This document shows, one piece after another, positions 1-9,546 of a DNA stretch of 64,000 nucleotides. Position numbers and translations under genes: made by a program. The notes under the pieces were generated by a model. The model had not been told where the DNA came from, ran no database searches, and saw only the letters and a list, made by a program, of their open reading frames with translations. Each line of letters opens with the position of its first letter. The stretch's first letter is position 1. The DNA is from Rebecca billardiae RCC1528 (Eukaryota; Protista; Haptophyta): NCBI GenBank assembly GCA_965240325.2, contig OZ251222.1:2728001-2792000 (forward strand), read 5' to 3'.

Positions 1-702
1 GTTGCGCCCGACCAGGTTGCGCACGCGCGTGAGGAACGTCCCCGACACGTCCACCATGTCCACCAGCTTGACGATCAGCGCCGCGCGGTCCGCCAGCCCT
101 TTGAGCTGGTCGCGCAGCTGCTGCGGCGTGATCACCGAGCGGCCGCCCGCGAGGTCGGTGCTGCCCTCGCGCACGACGGGGATGAACTCGCCCTGCGCGA
201 GCAGCCGGCATCGGCTGCAGAGCAGCTGGTCGAGCTGCCGGTGCACGCGCTTCTCCTCGAAGAGCGCCGCGTCGACGTAGCCGGGCACGTCGTCGTACTC
301 TGTCTGCAGCGACGCGCCGCACCCGTAGCACGACGGCAGCGCGGGCGCCTTGGGCGCGCGCTGGCGCTTGGGCCGCGGTGGCGAAGAAGGCCGCCCGCCT
401 GCTGCACGCGCAGGGCTGGTGCTGGACCCTCGGCGGGGGGCGCCCGATCGCGGCCCGCCGCCTCTGGGCGCGCCACCGCCAGCGCCCTCGCGCCGCGCCG
501 CGCCGCCGCTCTTCGCACCCGTGCGCCGCTTCTGCGACGGCGCCTGGCGGGGGCCGCCGCCAGGCTGGCGTGAGCCACCTGGCTGCGCCATGACGATCGA
601 GGACGCTCGCAGCGGCGCCACGCGCGGCTGCACGACCGCCGCTGTCACCACGGCTGCCGCCGTCATGTACGCCAGCGCGATCGACATGACGGTCGCCACC
701 AT
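1..702 (-). CDS. NOA1: NOA1/YqeH-family circularly permuted GTPase, 5' part (runs off the window edge), with probable bipartite plastid-targeting leader
   Basis: Not in the ORF track. Manual translation from ATG 702: MVATVMSIALAYMTAAAVV... SCYGCGASLQTE...PGYVD...HRQLDQLLCSRCRLL...LIVKLVDMVDVSGTFLTRVRNLVGRN. This matches the Zn finger (CxxC...CxRC) and LIVKLVD segment of plant NOA1/RIF1. Confidence 0.9.
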   Translation of the reverse strand, partial: MVATVMSIALAYMTAAAVVTAAVVQPRVAPLRASSIVMAQPGGSRQPGGGPRQAPSQKRRTGAKSGGAARREGAGGGAPRGGGPRSGAPRRGSSTSPARAAGGRPSSPPRPKRQRAPKAPALPSCYGCGASLQTEYDDVPGYVDAALFEEKRVHRQLDQLLCSRCRLLAQGEFIPVVREGSTDLAGGRSVITPQQLRDQLKGLADRAALIVKLVDMVDVSGTFLTRVRNLVGRN

Positions 703-899
703 GTCGTCGTCAGGACGCGGCGGGACGGTACCCGTAGGCTCCGTGGAAATCGTTGGTCGTTTTTCGGGCGGAGGGCGGGAACGAGCATCATGGCGCACCT
801 TGTTCGCACGTGTCGGTGAATGGCTGGGTGGCGGCGGTCACGCGGCGGCGGGTTAGCCGAGTCCGTCATCGGCTGGCGGCGGCGGGATTGACGACGACG

Positions 900-2470
900 A
901 GTCCAACGTGCTCGATCGTTCCGGGGAGCCCGAGGCGGAGAACACGTACGTGTCCGGCTACATGGATGCGGACGAGCATCATGATGATCCCGTCGCTCCG
1001 CCTTGCGGCTCGCATGACGAACATGCGGCGTCGAGGAGGCGAACATGGCGCGCGCTCAGGGCGATGCGCCAGATAGTGGCGAGCACATGTTCGTCGACGC
1101 TGCCGAGCCTGTGGTCGTTGCCGAGGACGCAGAGGAGGACGCCGATGGTGGCCTGACTCTGCCGGCTGCAGCACTCGCGGCCGAGCAGCACTCGCGGCCG
1201 AGCCGGCGCGCGTCCCTGTGTCGCGCGAGGGCGGGACGGTGAAGCCGGACGCGAAGCAGGAGTGTGTGTACTTCTCTCTCCGCGCGATCGGCACCACGGC
1301 GCGTGCGGGAGCGCCGGTGCAGCCAGGCATCGGCTGGTCGAGCTCCATATCGTCGCCAGCATCAACACACTTCCGGGGCCAGATGAAGATGCTGAGGCCG
1401 AGCTGGAGCCGATCAAGGTGGGTGCGTGGGCGGGCAAGTTCAACACGGCGGGAGTGTCCATCGCACCTGACCCGGAGTGGCATGCGCTCACGGCCGAGGC
1501 CGTGGCGACCAAGCCGGACTTCGCATCGGAGGTGGACGGTCTGCTGGATTGGATGAAGGAGATCATCACGGACACCGGGTTTGATGGCATTCTGTGTGCG
1601 CACGGCGGCGACTCGTACGACTTCCGCCTTCTCGCGCTCGAGCTGGCCGCCGCAGAGCGGCTGCTGCCAGCGAGGGTGCAGATGTGCGCTGACCCCGCGG
1701 CGATGGCCCGTCGCTTCAAGGAGGAGGACTGGCAGGAGTGGACCAAGGGCAAGCCGGTGATGAGCCCGAGATCCATGGTCACGTTCGAGACTCAGAGCCG
1801 CTGCGAGGCAGGCGGTGATGTGTCGGATTGGGCCGATGCAACGGCGCTTGTCATGCACGAGCCCGCAGTCGCTGCTGCCCTGCACAAGGGCAAGGTCGGT
1901 GCGCGCTGGCTTGACGAGCCGAGCCGAGCGCGCAGCCGACGGCGGCGGCCGCCGCCGCTGCGGCAGGGCAGCAGGTGGCAGCACAGCGAGCGCCCACCGG
2001 CGTGATGCTCTGGGCGCGGCGGAGCCTGGCAACCTCGGCGCAGCGCGGGCACGAGCCAGTGACAGGTGCCTGGGTCGAGCTCGACATGGGTGAGATGCAG
2101 GACGAGCTGCAGCGCGTCGGCGCTGCGAGTGGCGAGCCCGTGCAGCCAGCGGCTCTCCGCGCGCACGATCTGAGGCGGCAGGACAAGATTGCAGCGGTGA
2201 AGAAGAAGGGGGCGTGACAGCGCGAGGACGGGGCTGGCACGCGAGCGAGGCGGCCCCATGGCCGAGCCGCGAGCTGTGCGCGCACCTAGCCGGACACGGC
2301 TTCGTCACGCGCCGGGGCAAGCTCGTGGGCGTGGCGCTGGACGGAGTCGGCGCTCTCGGCATTGCGCTGCTCCGCTTCATACTCACGTTGCCCATTCTGT
2401 CGACGGTGGTGGCGGCGACGAACTGGTGGGCGACGCAGAAGGTGGTCGAGGTGCGGCGCGCGCGCGCGCG
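900..2470 (+). pseudogene. Degenerate DEDDh-exonuclease/piggyBac-like transposase relic
   Basis: Frameshifted pieces: VYFSLRAIG...RHRLVELH (ExoI-like) and ILCAHGGDSYDFRLLALEL (ExoII-like). Later LLRFILTLPILSTVVAATNWWA resembles the piggyBac F..F....I...TN.YA helix. Stops and frameshifts lie between the pieces. Confidence 0.5.
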
Positions 2471-3205
2471 CGGCGTGCGACCACCGGCGAGGCGAGGCGT
2501 TGTTTTGACAACGCCACCTGTCTCCCGCGGCGCGATCGCGGCTGCGCGCGACTGCTGTCTCATCAGGAGAAGCAGGACGGCAAGACGGTCGTCCGCCCGG
2601 GTGATCGACGACCGCCGGTCGCATCATCATCAATATCAGTGCAACGCGTGTCAGTGCGCTGCATCAGAAGTAGTCACCGGCCGCTTCGTGCGCGTGGCAG
2701 CCGCCCGCCAATGCGGCATCGTCCGCTGCTCCGCCACCGCCACTGTTACACGCTGCGGTGAGTGACGGTCTGGTCGCCGACGCATTCATCATTTCATGAC
2801 AGTGAGCAGCAGCAGCACGCAAACAATATACGGACAAAACGCGTAAAAAGCCCCAAAATAAAACTGCTCCGACGGAATTCTCCCATGCTTGCTTTTTCAC
2901 CGGGAGCACCGCCCGGAAAAAAAAAAAGAATCGGTCCAAAACGATGGCGTCAATGTACCAGGCGCCCCCCCCCTCGACCCGCCCCTCGCGCGACGGCTCT
3001 CACTCGCCGCGATGGACGAGTCGAGCGACGCCCGGCTGGGGCTAGGCGGTCCGCTCGGGGGCACGATGTGCACCGCCGCGCATCTCGCCTCCGGCCCTCC
3101 GCAGCGTCCGCGGCGAGGCCGCAAAGTGCCTGGAACCACATGGAACCACAGGGGGCGTACGGGTACGGACGGACTCAGGACAGGCGACCAACGCGACCTG
3201 GCACG

Positions 3206-3433
3206 ATGGGGGACGTCTCGTTCACCGGGGGTGGAGTGGCCAAGGTCACCCTCTTCTCGCTGCTTGTGGGCGGTGTGGCCGGCTTTGGCGCGGGCTTCAA
3301 GACAGGAGAAGCGATCTACGCCGACGATAAAGAGAAGGAGAGATTCGCCAAGACGGTCAAGCTAGTAGCCGCGTCGGCAGGCGTGACGCTGTTGGCGATC
3401 GGCGTGGCCCGCATTGCCACAATGCAGCGGTGA
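3206..3433 (+). CDS. Small hypothetical membrane protein (two hydrophobic segments); start uncertain
   Basis: MGDVSFTGGGVAKVTLFSLLVGGVAGFGAGFKTG...VKLVAASAGVTLLAIGVARIATMQR, with coding-like codon usage. Confidence 0.5.
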   Translation: MGDVSFTGGGVAKVTLFSLLVGGVAGFGAGFKTGEAIYADDKEKERFAKTVKLVAASAGVTLLAIGVARIATMQR

Positions 3434-4424
3434 GATGATTTCGACGCGACGCGGCGATCGATGTGGACGCTCACGCAGAGGCATGCCCCCAGTCCCTAGT
3501 GGGCTGAGAGGGCATCTCTTCCACTTCGTCCACGCTGAGGAGTATTCGCATGCTGGTACGGAGTTTTGTCGTTCAATGAGCATGGCCATGGCCCAAGGAT
3601 GCATCGCATTGGCTGATTCCTGAACCTCAGTGTCGGTCCAGAGGCAGCGTTCCTGGCGTCATCTGCGAGGCTCTACGTCGTATTCATAGTATTGGTATTC
3701 GGCTATTCGCGGCCAGTAGCTAGCCTGGCGCCTGCTAGGGCGGGCTAGGGCGGCTGGGCACCGCCAGTACTCACCCGTCTCACGACGGCGGAGTTTACAG
3801 CGGGACGGCGGGTACGCTCCGCCTCCGGGCTGCGACGGCAACCCGCTGCCCGGCGGGACTTACCGGTTGGAACCCGGCCGGCCAGCGGGGCCGGTCAGTC
3901 CCGCGAGTAGTAGAATATACCGTCATCCGATCACCCTAATACAGTACTGTATGAGTACTCGGGGTCGGACGAGTCTCAGCGCGGGCGGGCACTCTCCGCG
4001 GTAAGTCCGCGGGGCAATGACTAATGAGTCTGTGTGATGCTGCACATGATTGATGATAGTGTCATGATCCGTGCCTCCGTGACCGTGACCGTGCGGGGGC
4101 CGGGCGTGCGCCGCGTGCGGCTGACACTGGGGGGGGGGGGGGGGTAGCGCAGACTCCTCGGCAGGCGTAGCGGCATCGTGAGGAGTGATCGTCACCAGGC
4201 GCATCCTATTTAGTACTGCTATCTGCTGCGCTGGTACGTCTTGGCCCATGCCGTAACTCGCGGCGCCGGCGGCGCGGAACGCTTGGGCCTTGGCGAACGC
4301 ACGAAGCCTGCCCGTGATTGCTCAGACAATCGACAATCGTCGTTGACAGTCTATCTGTCGTGATACTGTGGTCTTTGTGCAGTGTTGGATGGCGTCGATC
4401 ACGCCTGAACCAAGTGTGCACGTT

Positions 4425-4527
4425 ATCTCGCATCAGCCTGCCTGAGCTGTGTGCGTCTCTTAGTAATAAGCTGTCGCGTAACTATACTAACTCTTATTTT
4501 AGTAGTAAATAAACTCGGTAGCTACAC
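4425..4527 (+). mobile_element. Dispersed repeat / putative DNA-transposon terminus, copy 1 (with insertions)
   Basis: ATCTCG...AGCTGTGTGCGTCTCTTA...TAAACTCGGTAGCTACAC, with related copies at 9428-9446, 20274-20310 (reverse) and 24893-24937. Confidence 0.7.
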
Positions 4528-5158
4528 GCGAGTGGCGCACGCCCGCGTGCGCCGCGCGCGCGCACCTGAGCGTGCTGCACGCTCTCGCGGCGCTCTCGCA
4601 GCCGCGGCTGCCCTGCTCCGTGCGCGCCGTGCCGGCCGCTGGCGCGCTGCACCTCGGGGACGGCGCGCACGCGCAGGAGCTGCAGGTGCGCACACCCGCC
4701 GCCGGCTGGCGCGCGCGCGATGAGGCGGGGGGAGGGCGCGGCCGGCGTGGGCACGCCCCGCTCACTCGCGCGCGCGCTTCCCGCCCGCGCGCGCGCGCGC
4801 GCAGGCGTTGACGGACGTGTGCGTGCAGGAGGTGCTCGCCCTCATCGCCACGAGCGCGGCCGCGCCCCTGAGCGCACAGCTCGCGCTCGGCCTGCTCGAC
4901 TCGCTGTGCGCGCACGCGCGGCCGGACGGCGCCGGCCTCGCGCTGGCGCGCAGGCTGCTGCCGATCGCGCGCGCACACGCCGGCCGCGCGCACGCGGAGC
5001 ACCTGCGGCGCACGCTGCTGGCGCACGCCGCACGCGCGGGGGGCGACGAGGACGCCGAGGGCGGGTCCGATGCTGCCGACGGGGCTGGCCTGGCAGCCGA
5101 TGGGGCCCCAGCATCGTCCTCGTGGCGGCTGGCATTGACTACATCAGCAGGAGCGTGA
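4528..5158 (+). pseudogene. VPS35L: 5'-truncated C-terminal fragment of a VPS35L (C16orf62)-like gene, one intron (4686-4804)
   Basis: Spliced translation REW...HLSVLHALAALSQPRLP...LHLGDGAHAQELQ|ALTDVCVQEVLALI...LALGLLDSLCAHA resembles the VPS35L C-terminus (W...VLHLLSAMSQ...LYGGD...LGLSFFNSILAHG). No upstream exons; it begins at the repeat end. Confidence 0.6.
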
Positions 5159-5916
5159 ATGATGACTGCTACCAGTACTCGACGATACTGATGTGCTGAC
5201 GATGTGAGTCTTCATCAGCAGTGAGTCTGCGAAGAGGATGATCACGCCTGCCGATGCCGGCTGGCGCAGCCCAGTGAATCGATAGCTAAGCCGCGGTGAC
5301 TTCGCTGACGGCTGAGTAGTCAAGACTTCGCTGACTACGTCACGACGTACGACTACGACTACGTATATCGTCACTACTAGCTATATATTATCAGCAGTCG
5401 TAGTCGTCTGCTGTACAGTATATCAGATCGTTCGGTCGCACTCTCCCGCCTGCTGCGCGGATGTCGTATCGGATATATGCGCGGACGACGCCCGATGATC
5501 ATGCGACGGTGACGATCGTCATCGTCAGCATATATATATATCGTCATCGACGCGATGAATTCGATGATGCTGAGCCATGCTCGGATGCTGCATGATGGCT
5601 ATGCGACTATCGCGCAGCATCCGCGCCGCGCCGCGATATGCGAGCACGGAGCAGTAGCTGAGCGCAGCCGTGACGGTCCGACGATCAGTGATAGTCGTAT
5701 ATATCCTGCCCGTTGCATACCACGTCGTTAATATATCATATATATATAGTAGATATATACTATATCTAATAGTAGTATCAGATATCAATATTATCATATC
5801 ATGACTGATGCGCGCATCATCATGCGCTGCTCATCAGTCGTCGCCGCGATCATCAGCAACAGTATCGCGCACTAGCAGTACTAGTAGACGCCACTAGCTA
5901 ATAGTAAGGCGCTGCA

Positions 5917-7068
5917 TCACTCATCAGCGGGCTGCTGCTCGGGCCGCTCAGCATCCGGCCACTCGATGGGCAGCGGGCCGAGCGCGTACGCGCCGCCCGC
6001 GTCGTCGAAGCCGACCTGCTGCGCGAGCACGGCCACGCCCGCGTCGTGCGCGGCGCGCAGGTGCCTCGCGAACGACGGGCACGCCTGGTGGTTGGGCCGG
6101 AAGAGCTGCGCGTCAGAGCGGACCACCACGAACAGCAGCGCCGCGCGCATGCGCTCGCCGCCCGCGCACACCACCTCGCCGCGCGCGATCGCGGCGAGCT
6201 CGTCGACGTGCTTGATCGCGCGCGCCGAGACGACCCGCTCGCCATCCGGCCCCTTCTGCCCGCCGCGCCCCCACGGGAAGATCGCCGCGCGGCGGTACGG
6301 CCGCAGCGCCGAGTGGTAGCGCGCGGGCGGCGCGTCCGAGCGCGCGCGCGGCGCGTCGAGGGCGGGGTCGTGGTCGGTGTCCACGACCATCTTGACCTCG
6401 AGCACGGTGCTCGGCGCGCCCGGGCCGTGGTCGAGCACGTAGTCCGCGCGGCTGCCGGGCACCACGCCCACCTGCCTCCGCACGCTCGCCACGGGCCGCA
6501 GCTCGGGCACCAGCCCGAGCTCCAGCAGCGCGGCCGCCACCTGCTCGCCGATCGCCGGGTGCGCGCCCACCCAGCAGCCGCCGTGCGCGGCGTTCTCGGG
6601 CTCGGTGCAGCGCAGCAGCTGCGTGGTGAGCTCGCACTTGGGCGTGCCGAACTTGCCCGTCGCGTCGCGGGGCACGGGCCGCCCCTTCGCGTCCAGGATC
6701 GGCCGGACGAGCACCTCCGCGCCCGCGCAGCACTTGCCGCCCATGTCCATGCACGGCGCGTGCGCGATCGCGACGTCGCCGCCGGCGGCGAGGCGCACGT
6801 CCATCACGTACGGCGACTTGTTGCGCGCCGACGGGCGGCACACCACGGCCGCGCTCACGAGCGCGGCCTTGCCCAGCTTCGCCAGCTCGAGCAGGGGCGT
6901 GCGCTGCTTCTCGCCCACGGCGGCGGACGCTGTGGCCGCGGCCGGCTCGGGCGCGGCCGTGTCCGGCGAGGCGGGCTCGGCCGCGCGGCGGCGCTTGCTC
7001 GCGCCGAGCGCTTGGGTGGCGGCTGGGCGGGTGCGGGCGCCCGCCGCGCTGGCACGCGTGTTGCGCAT
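5917..7068 (-). CDS. sfsA: SfsA (sugar fermentation stimulation) family PD-(D/E)XK nuclease-like protein, intronless
   Basis: RPSARNKSPYVMDV...AHAP, SRADYVL...VLEVKMV, FP...SARAIKHVDEL and RAALLFVVVRSDAQLFRPN...AHDAGVAVLA are SfsA hallmarks. Confidence 0.85.
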   Translation of the reverse strand: MRNTRASAAGARTRPAATQALGASKRRRAAEPASPDTAAPEPAAATASAAVGEKQRTPLLELAKLGKAALVSAAVVCRPSARNKSPYVMDVRLAAGGDVAIAHAPCMDMGGKCCAGAEVLVRPILDAKGRPVPRDATGKFGTPKCELTTQLLRCTEPENAAHGGCWVGAHPAIGEQVAAALLELGLVPELRPVASVRRQVGVVPGSRADYVLDHGPGAPSTVLEVKMVVDTDHDPALDAPRARSDAPPARYHSALRPYRRAAIFPWGRGGQKGPDGERVVSARAIKHVDELAAIARGEVVCAGGERMRAALLFVVVRSDAQLFRPNHQACPSFARHLRAAHDAGVAVLAQQVGFDDAGGAYALGPLPIEWPDAERPEQQPADE

Positions 7069-7290
7069 GGCGGCCCTCGTTCCGCCGCGCGACGCCGAGC
7101 TTGCTGGTGCGGCTTACGCCCGCAGGCGACAAGACGGTTTGGCCCGAAGCTTCGCTGCTGGCTTTATTGATGACGTTTTCATGCGCGCCTGCCGACCGAT
7201 GCACGATCCACGATGAAAATTGAAAAAACAAAAAACACGCCCGGCGTAGACGGTGCGCACGCTCGCCGCTCCGATCCATCATCATCGTCA

Positions 7291-8985
7291 TCAGTAGCTA
7301 GCATCCGATTCAGCAACACCGTCATCACAGTATTCATCGTCGTCATCGCCAACGTGCGCGCACGGCACCGCGTACAGCGCGTGCGCCGCCACGGGCGCTG
7401 GGCGGCCCACGCGCGCGGCGCAGCCTGCCGCAGAGCAGCAGCCCGAGGCTGCCCGCGAGTGCTGCCCGGCAGAGGTTGACGCGATGCGGTCGTGCGACGG
7501 CGGCAGCTGCGGCGGCGGCGTCGAAGCGGGCTCGGCGCCGGCGATCGCACCCGGCGCGTACGCCATCGGCGTGTAGTAGTAGTCGCCACCGGGCATCAGC
7601 ATCTCCTCGTCGGCCAGCAGCCGCGCGCGCCGCCGCTCCATGCAGACGATGCCGAGCGCGCCGCGCACCGCGCCCACGCGCCGCGGCGCACGCCCCAACT
7701 CCACGCGCGCGCCAGCGGCGGTGCCGCGGATTCGCCACAGCGGGCGTGCGCGCCGTTGGATGGCGCGCGCGGCGCGCTCACGCCGCAGCCGCGCGTGCGC
7801 GACGGCAAACGCCACGTCCCGCCAGCCCGACTCCGCCTTCGAGGCGCGAGCGACGGCAGAGAGGGCTTGCACCCCAGCCGCAGGTGGTGGTGCGAGCAGC
7901 TGCGATGGCGGCGCGCGGCCAAACCAGAGCAGCCCAGCGCGCGCGGCGATCATCATCGCCGATTCGAGCAGCGCGTCGTCCTCGGGAAGAGTGGGCGCGT
8001 TCGAGGCGCAAACGCGCAGCGCCGTGCACGCGGCGCGCACGCCCGCGCCGTACGCCTTGCGCCGTGCTGCATCGGCTCCTGCGCCGTCAGCACGCTGCAT
8101 TGCTGCTTGCATGCTGCTGAGCGCGCGGCGCTGCTCGGCGGTCGCCTTGCACCGAATCGAATCGTGGTCGAGCGCGGCGTGCTGCGGCGCGCGCGACATC
8201 TCGGCAGTGTCTCGGGGCACCGCGTCGGATGTCGCATGACGCCGAGACAGGGTGCTGCGGCGGCTGGCCCGCGCACGCCGCCTGCGCACGCCGCCACCAA
8301 CGCGTCGCGCCGGATTCTCCTCGAACACGTGCCAGCCTGCTCCGCTTCGGCACGCACGCACGCGTGCGCGTGCCGCGGCGCGTTGCGCCCGCTCGTCGCG
8401 CGCGCGCCGGCGTGCGAGGCACGATTCCGTGGCCAGCGCCAGATCGCCCGCGCGCCAGTCCACCAGCGCGCGCCGCCGCTTGACGTCGTCATCACAGTGT
8501 GCCACGCGCAGCGCACCTTGCACGCGTGCGTGCACGGCATGCATGTGCGCGGGCACGCAGCGTGCGACGCGCTCCAGCACGGCAATCTGAGTGCCCGTCA
8601 CGTCGAAGCTGTCCACGCCCGGAAGGTCGAGCCCGCGCGTCGCGCGCCGGCATCGCTCGACGCGCTGAGGGCGAGGCGGAGCATTCGCCTCGCGCAGTGC
8701 TCGTCTGACACACCCATGTTCGTCGCGCATGTGTACAGGAATGCAGCGCATGACGCGTGTAAGCACGGCCATGTGCGTCGCCGACGCGTCGAGGGGGTCC
8801 GCCCCCGGCATGCTCAGCCCGAGCGTCTCGTGCAGCCCCCGGGGCCGAGGCATCGCGAGGCGCAGGACATCGCCTCGTGCGCGCTTAACATGGAGTCGTT
8901 CGTCGACCATCCACTCGGGGATGGAATCATAGACGCGACGCATCTCGGCGAGGGCAGCCCTGGGAGCAGGTTGAGGCCCTCCCAT
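7291..8985 (-). CDS. Hypothetical protein with internal ~45-aa repeats
   Basis: Long ORF from MGGPQP. Repeats GLSMPGADPLDASATHMAVLTRVMRCIPVHMRDEH and GLDLPGVDSFDVTGTQIAVLERVARCVPAHMHAVH; acidic C-terminus. Confidence 0.55.
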   Translation of the reverse strand: MGGPQPAPRAALAEMRRVYDSIPEWMVDERLHVKRARGDVLRLAMPRPRGLHETLGLSMPGADPLDASATHMAVLTRVMRCIPVHMRDEHGCVRRALREANAPPRPQRVERCRRATRGLDLPGVDSFDVTGTQIAVLERVARCVPAHMHAVHARVQGALRVAHCDDDVKRRRALVDWRAGDLALATESCLARRRARDERAQRAAARARVRACRSGAGWHVFEENPARRVGGGVRRRRARASRRSTLSRRHATSDAVPRDTAEMSRAPQHAALDHDSIRCKATAEQRRALSSMQAAMQRADGAGADAARRKAYGAGVRAACTALRVCASNAPTLPEDDALLESAMMIAARAGLLWFGRAPPSQLLAPPPAAGVQALSAVARASKAESGWRDVAFAVAHARLRRERAARAIQRRARPLWRIRGTAAGARVELGRAPRRVGAVRGALGIVCMERRRARLLADEEMLMPGGDYYYTPMAYAPGAIAGAEPASTPPPQLPPSHDRIASTSAGQHSRAASGCCSAAGCAARVGRPAPVAAHALYAVPCAHVGDDDDEYCDDGVAESDASY

Positions 8986-9213
8986 TGGGACCACCGCCAC
9001 AGCGCCGGCGGAGGCACCACGTCTCGTGCGTCGCCGTTCACGGCGGACACACTCACGAACTGCAGTCGAACCGGCTGCAGCTGAGACACTTTTCTCCGGC
9101 CGAGTCACGCGCGTGTTTCCTGCGCTCGTCATCGCGCGGTTATCGAAACGACTATAAGCCAAGACTATGACCGGACGCCCTACTATATGATGTGAGTACT
9201 CGTCATGAGACAC

Positions 9214-9320
9214 GTTTGTATGAAAGTAGGGGGAATGTTTGTATGAAAGTAGGGGGAATGTTTGTATGAAAGTAGGGGGAATGTTTGTATGAAAGTAGGG
9301 GGAATGTTTGTATGAAAGTA
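9214..9320 (+). repeat. 23-bp tandem repeat (GTTTGTATGAAAGTAGGGGGAAT) x ~4.6
   Basis: Four identical units plus a 15-bp partial unit, with no spacers. Confidence 0.95.
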
Positions 9321-9427
9321 ACGGCTCTTCACATACGAAGATTGGACGCCTCGCGCGCGAACATTGCCGTATTTGCCAATACGGTAGAGGAGTCGGGGGG
9401 GGAGCATCAGGTAAAAGTGTGTTGTGC

Positions 9428-9446
9428 GTAAACTCGGTAGCTACAC
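9428..9446 (+). mobile_element. Putative transposon terminal motif GTAAACTCGGTAGCTACAC
   Basis: Matches the end of the 4425-4527 repeat and lies about 110 bp downstream of the 23-bp tandem array. Confidence 0.6.
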
Positions 9447-9546
9447 TACTAGTTGTAATTATTATGTGGCCGCCCGTTTGCCCGTTTGGTTGAACATTCA
9501 TCAGCATTTTCCCTCAACGAGACGGACCCGTTCGCGTCAGTCAGCC

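Noticed and set aside
1303-1322. 20-nt GT...AG that would repair the exonuclease frameshift
   Set aside because: Far shorter than the other introns I sized here (83 nt or more), and further lesions remain downstream.
9214-9320. 23-bp repeats as a CRISPR array
   Set aside because: The units are contiguous with no spacers, there are no cas genes, and the context is eukaryotic.
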